Source: Chloroflexota bacterium (GTDB lineage Bacteria > Chloroflexota > Anaerolineae > UBA4142). Taken from it: DNA of 64,000 bases. Positions 61,336 to 64,000 of this stretch are shown in pieces; the stretch's first letter is position 1; every line of letters starts with the position of its first letter. The notes beneath the pieces are model-generated. The model searched no databases. It saw only the letters and a program-made list of their open reading frames with translations, and was not told the origin of the DNA. The position numbers were made by a program, and so were the translations under genes. Location: positions 2,099 through 66,098 of the forward strand of contig JACRPR010000009.1 of the NCBI GenBank assembly GCA_016223105.1, written 5' to 3'.

Positions 61336-63225
61336 ATGTTCACGGCTCACGCTTTTCGTTTTGTCCTCGCGATCGGACTGCTCACATTTCTAACCGCGTG
61401 CGATCAACTCCCGATTTCTTTTTCCGACACGCCCACCCCAACCCTCACCGCGACGCGCGCGCCCAGTACGCCCACCGTGCCGCCGCCGCTCGTCGCGTTT
61501 CCCACCGCGCTCCCCACGCTCACCCCTGCGGCGACGATGACGCTCGACGCGCGCGCGTCGTTGACCGCGCCGGTCGCGCAGATCGTTTCGCCGCAAAATA
61601 ATTCGCCGCTCAGCGTCAATCAAACCGCGCACGTTGTCGTGTACGCCGCGGACGATCAGGGCATCGCGCGCATCGAATTGTTTGCGGACAATGTTCTGAT
61701 CAAAACCGAGCACGCGCCATCCATATCCGCGCAAGTTTTTTCCGCGATGATTCCGTGGACGCCCGCGCAAACCGGCACATCCGTTTTGCGTGCGCTTGCG
61801 TATGATTTGACAAACCGCGCGAGCGCGGCGGACGAGATCACGGTCAACATCGTCGCCGATGCGCGCAAACCGAGCGCGACGATTGTGTACCCGATTGGCA
61901 CACCGCAAATTGATCTCGGCGATCTCGTGCCGATTCACGCGATCGCGACGGACGAAGCCGGCGTCATCCAAATCGAATTGTGGGTGGACAATCAACTGTA
62001 CACGCACACGCTCGCGGCGAACGCGCCGGGACAAGCGCAACTCGCGACGATTTTTTATTGGCACGCGCTCGCGCCCGGTTCGCACACGTTGATCGTGCGC
62101 GCGCGCGACGCGCACGATCAAACGACCGACTCGCCGTCGCTCAAAGTGCTCGTCGGCGCCACGCGCGCGCCGACGCTCACGCTCGCGTTCGACCGCACAA
62201 CCGCTCTGCCGAACGAACCGATCACCGCGACGATTACCGCGCTCGATGCGAGCGGGATCGCGCGCGTCGAATTGTTGAACGGCAAAGAAATCATCGCCGC
62301 GATTCCGAGCGCGTTCCCGGCGAAACAAACCGCGCTGACCGCGCAAATCGTTTGGCAGAACGCGAACCCGGGCGATTATCAATTGAGCGCGCGCGCGATC
62401 AGCGCGCACAATCTCGCAAAGGATGCGCCCGCGCAAACGATCACAATTTTGCGCGCGGGACAAACCGCGCCGGTCGCCGCGCTCGCGACCGCGACGCGCG
62501 TCCGCACGCCACGCGCGACGATCACGCCGCGCACGCAACCGCCGCCGCCGCCGAGCGCGGAAATCGCGCAACCCGCGAATAATTTTTCGAGCGCGCAGAA
62601 TGTGCGCGCGATTTTTTCCGGCAAGGGCAATGCGGAATTGGAGCGCATCGAGTTGTGGGGTTACACGCACGGACAACCGAACCCGCAAGTGATTTGTTCG
62701 CTCGATGCGCGCGCGGCGACGCAAAAAACCGGACAGTGCGATTGGTCGCCGCCGAGCGCAGGTGTGGTATACTTGTACGCGCAAGCGATTGACATTTACC
62801 GGCAGATTGGCAAATCGCCGGTGATTGCCGGGTACATCGGCGCGCCGACCTTTGCGACCGCGGGACCGACGCCCGCGCCGCTTGCGGGACGGTGGAGTGG
62901 ATCGGTCTCGAACGCGCAGTACGCGCTGACGCCGCGCGTGATCGGCACGGCAGTGCGGGGCGAACTAAAAGTTTCGACCATCGAGAGCGAAGGCAAAATC
63001 ATGTCGGGCTCGATCAGAGGCGACCGCATCACGTTTCACGTTGATTTCGCGCCGGCGACTGTAACGACACCGAGCGCGCCGATCACGACAACGCTCACCG
63101 CGCCGACTGCGAACATCAGCGCGTTCGATTTCGATTGCGGCGTTGATCTGATTGCAGGCATTTTGAATTGCGCGTTCAAAGATTCGCGCGGGCGCAGTGG
63201 CAGTGTGATTTTGAAACGCGAATAA
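61336..63225 (+). CDS. Secreted lipoprotein with four Ig-like repeat domains
   Basis: Signal peptide MFTAHAFRFVLAIGLLTFLTAC. Repeats are marked by RIELFADN, IQIELWVDN, RVELLNGK and RIELWGY. The listed ORF starts at TTG 61291. Confidence 0.7.
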   Translation: MFTAHAFRFVLAIGLLTFLTACDQLPISFSDTPTPTLTATRAPSTPTVPPPLVAFPTALPTLTPAATMTLDARASLTAPVAQIVSPQNNSPLSVNQTAHVVVYAADDQGIARIELFADNVLIKTEHAPSISAQVFSAMIPWTPAQTGTSVLRALAYDLTNRASAADEITVNIVADARKPSATIVYPIGTPQIDLGDLVPIHAIATDEAGVIQIELWVDNQLYTHTLAANAPGQAQLATIFYWHALAPGSHTLIVRARDAHDQTTDSPSLKVLVGATRAPTLTLAFDRTTALPNEPITATITALDASGIARVELLNGKEIIAAIPSAFPAKQTALTAQIVWQNANPGDYQLSARAISAHNLAKDAPAQTITILRAGQTAPVAALATATRVRTPRATITPRTQPPPPPSAEIAQPANNFSSAQNVRAIFSGKGNAELERIELWGYTHGQPNPQVICSLDARAATQKTGQCDWSPPSAGVVYLYAQAIDIYRQIGKSPVIAGYIGAPTFATAGPTPAPLAGRWSGSVSNAQYALTPRVIGTAVRGELKVSTIESEGKIMSGSIRGDRITFHVDFAPATVTTPSAPITTTLTAPTANISAFDFDCGVDLIAGILNCAFKDSRGRSGSVILKRE

Positions 63226-63245
63226 TTTTTTTGTTGGATTGAGCA

Positions 63246-63668
63246 ATGGGGCAACGACATTTTCTTACGGTAATGAGCGATGTCGAACGATTGGGCGAGG
63301 TCGCCGAGTTCGTCGAAAACGTCGCGATCAAATGCGGGATGAACGACGCGCAAATGTACGACGTGCAAATGGCGGTGGACGAAGCCGTAACGAATGTGAT
63401 CGAGCACGCGTATCGCGGCAGAGCGGACGGCGCGATTGAGATCGCGTGCGAATGTCGCGGCAAGGAATTTGTGATCACGATCCAAGATTTCGGCGAGCCG
63501 TTCGATCCGCAAAAAGTGAAACTGCCGAAAACGCGCGCGCCGCTTTCGGAACGCAACATTGGCGGGCTGGGTTTGTTCTTTATGCAAAAAATGATGGACC
63601 AGGTCGAATTTGATTTTTCGGCGGGGCAGGGCAATCGGTTGACGATGATCAAGAAAGTCAAAAAATAA
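63246..63668 (+). CDS. RsbW/SpoIIAB-type anti-sigma factor serine kinase (HATPase_c)
   Basis: EAVTNVIEHAY N-box and GGLGLFFM G-box. Confidence 0.8.
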   Translation: MGQRHFLTVMSDVERLGEVAEFVENVAIKCGMNDAQMYDVQMAVDEAVTNVIEHAYRGRADGAIEIACECRGKEFVITIQDFGEPFDPQKVKLPKTRAPLSERNIGGLGLFFMQKMMDQVEFDFSAGQGNRLTMIKKVKK

Positions 63669-63669
63669 A

Positions 63670-64000
63670 ATGCCGCACGAAACAAAAAAAGACATCACGT
63701 TGGTCGCGCCGCGCGGACGCCTCGATGCCGCCGGCGCGCGACCGCTTGACGAAGAATTGAAAACGCACATCGCCGCCGGGCGCATCCATTTGATCGTTGA
63801 TCTCAAAGAAACGCGCTATGTCAGTTCGAATGGAATGCGCGTTCTGCTCGCCGCGCACAAGCGCGCGCAAAAATTTGGCGGCGGTTTGGTGTTGTGTTGT
63901 CTTACACCGCGCCTGATCGAAATTTTTGAAATGGCGGGGTTTGATCGCGTGTTTGCGGTTTACGCATCGCGCGCCGAAGCAGAACACGCCCAGCACGAAT
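63670..64000 (+). CDS. STAS-domain anti-sigma-factor antagonist (RsbV/SpoIIAA-like), 3' end cut by window edge
   Basis: Own translation MPHETKKDITLVAPRGRLDAAGA...VSSNGMRVLL. The ORF is open to nt 64000. Confidence 0.8.
   Translation, partial: MPHETKKDITLVAPRGRLDAAGARPLDEELKTHIAAGRIHLIVDLKETRYVSSNGMRVLLAAHKRAQKFGGGLVLCCLTPRLIEIFEMAGFDRVFAVYASRAEAEHAQHE

Noticed and set aside
61390-62784. Long Arg-rich antisense ORFs: this 464-aa one, plus 7285..8571, 11520..12695, 19984..21204, 43470..44687, 28405..29181 and others.
   Set aside because: Each lies opposite a well-supported gene with clear family motifs. Their R/A/G-rich, low-complexity translations are typical shadow ORFs of GC-rich DNA.
63246-64000. 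Considered the RsbW/RsbV-like pair as a toxin-antitoxin or novel kinase system.
   Set aside because: Both show the standard HATPase_c and STAS partner-switching motifs. Only the gene order is unusual, and the downstream context is cut by the window.

Overview
This is a 64-kb GC-rich bacterial chromosomal segment. It has no rRNA, one tRNA, no CRISPR array and no intact transposase, integrase or phage genes. About 55 protein genes are supportable.

Two sugar-type catabolic loci dominate:
- (1) A roughly 16-kb minus-strand cluster (22002-38207) is headed by an autoregulated LacI gene. It contains a CUT1 ABC importer, two GH63-like (alpha/alpha)6 hydrolases, two URO-D-family proteins, a flavodoxin-like protein, and MDR and Gfo/Idh/MocA dehydrogenases. 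Its two distal genes (GH36, GH13_18) look decayed.
- (2) A SorC-headed operon (43368-51503) carries an ATPase-less ABC importer, a TIM-barrel isomerase, an ADP-ribosylglycohydrolase, an MDR dehydrogenase and a COG3199/AcoX-like kinase-fold protein. It is divergent from a DhnA/LsrF-type aldolase followed by TPP-dependent E1a/E1b/E2 and a dienelactone hydrolase.

The remaining genes fall into three groups:
- Housekeeping: tmk, darA, lpdA, acyl-CoA dehydrogenase, aspartase/fumarase, inositol monophosphatase (IMPase).
- Envelope: GT39, FGE-like, TPR, membrane-anchored GH, VWA.
- Other: an orphan SPPY DNA methyltransferase, a retropepsin-like protease with an RHH/DUF5678-like partner, a 7TM-PAS-GAF-GGDEF sensor, an Ig-repeat lipoprotein and an RsbW/RsbV pair.

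The most unusual signal is non-genic. Almost every intergenic gap carries tandem arrays of 7-9 nt units, usually as inverted arms. There are also at least four families of palindromic or MITE-like elements. Several of these lie in-frame inside CDSs or supply start/stop codons and terminal tails.

I did not find a complete, clearly novel defence or mobile system. The functional proposals below are inference from motifs read by eye; no searches were run.
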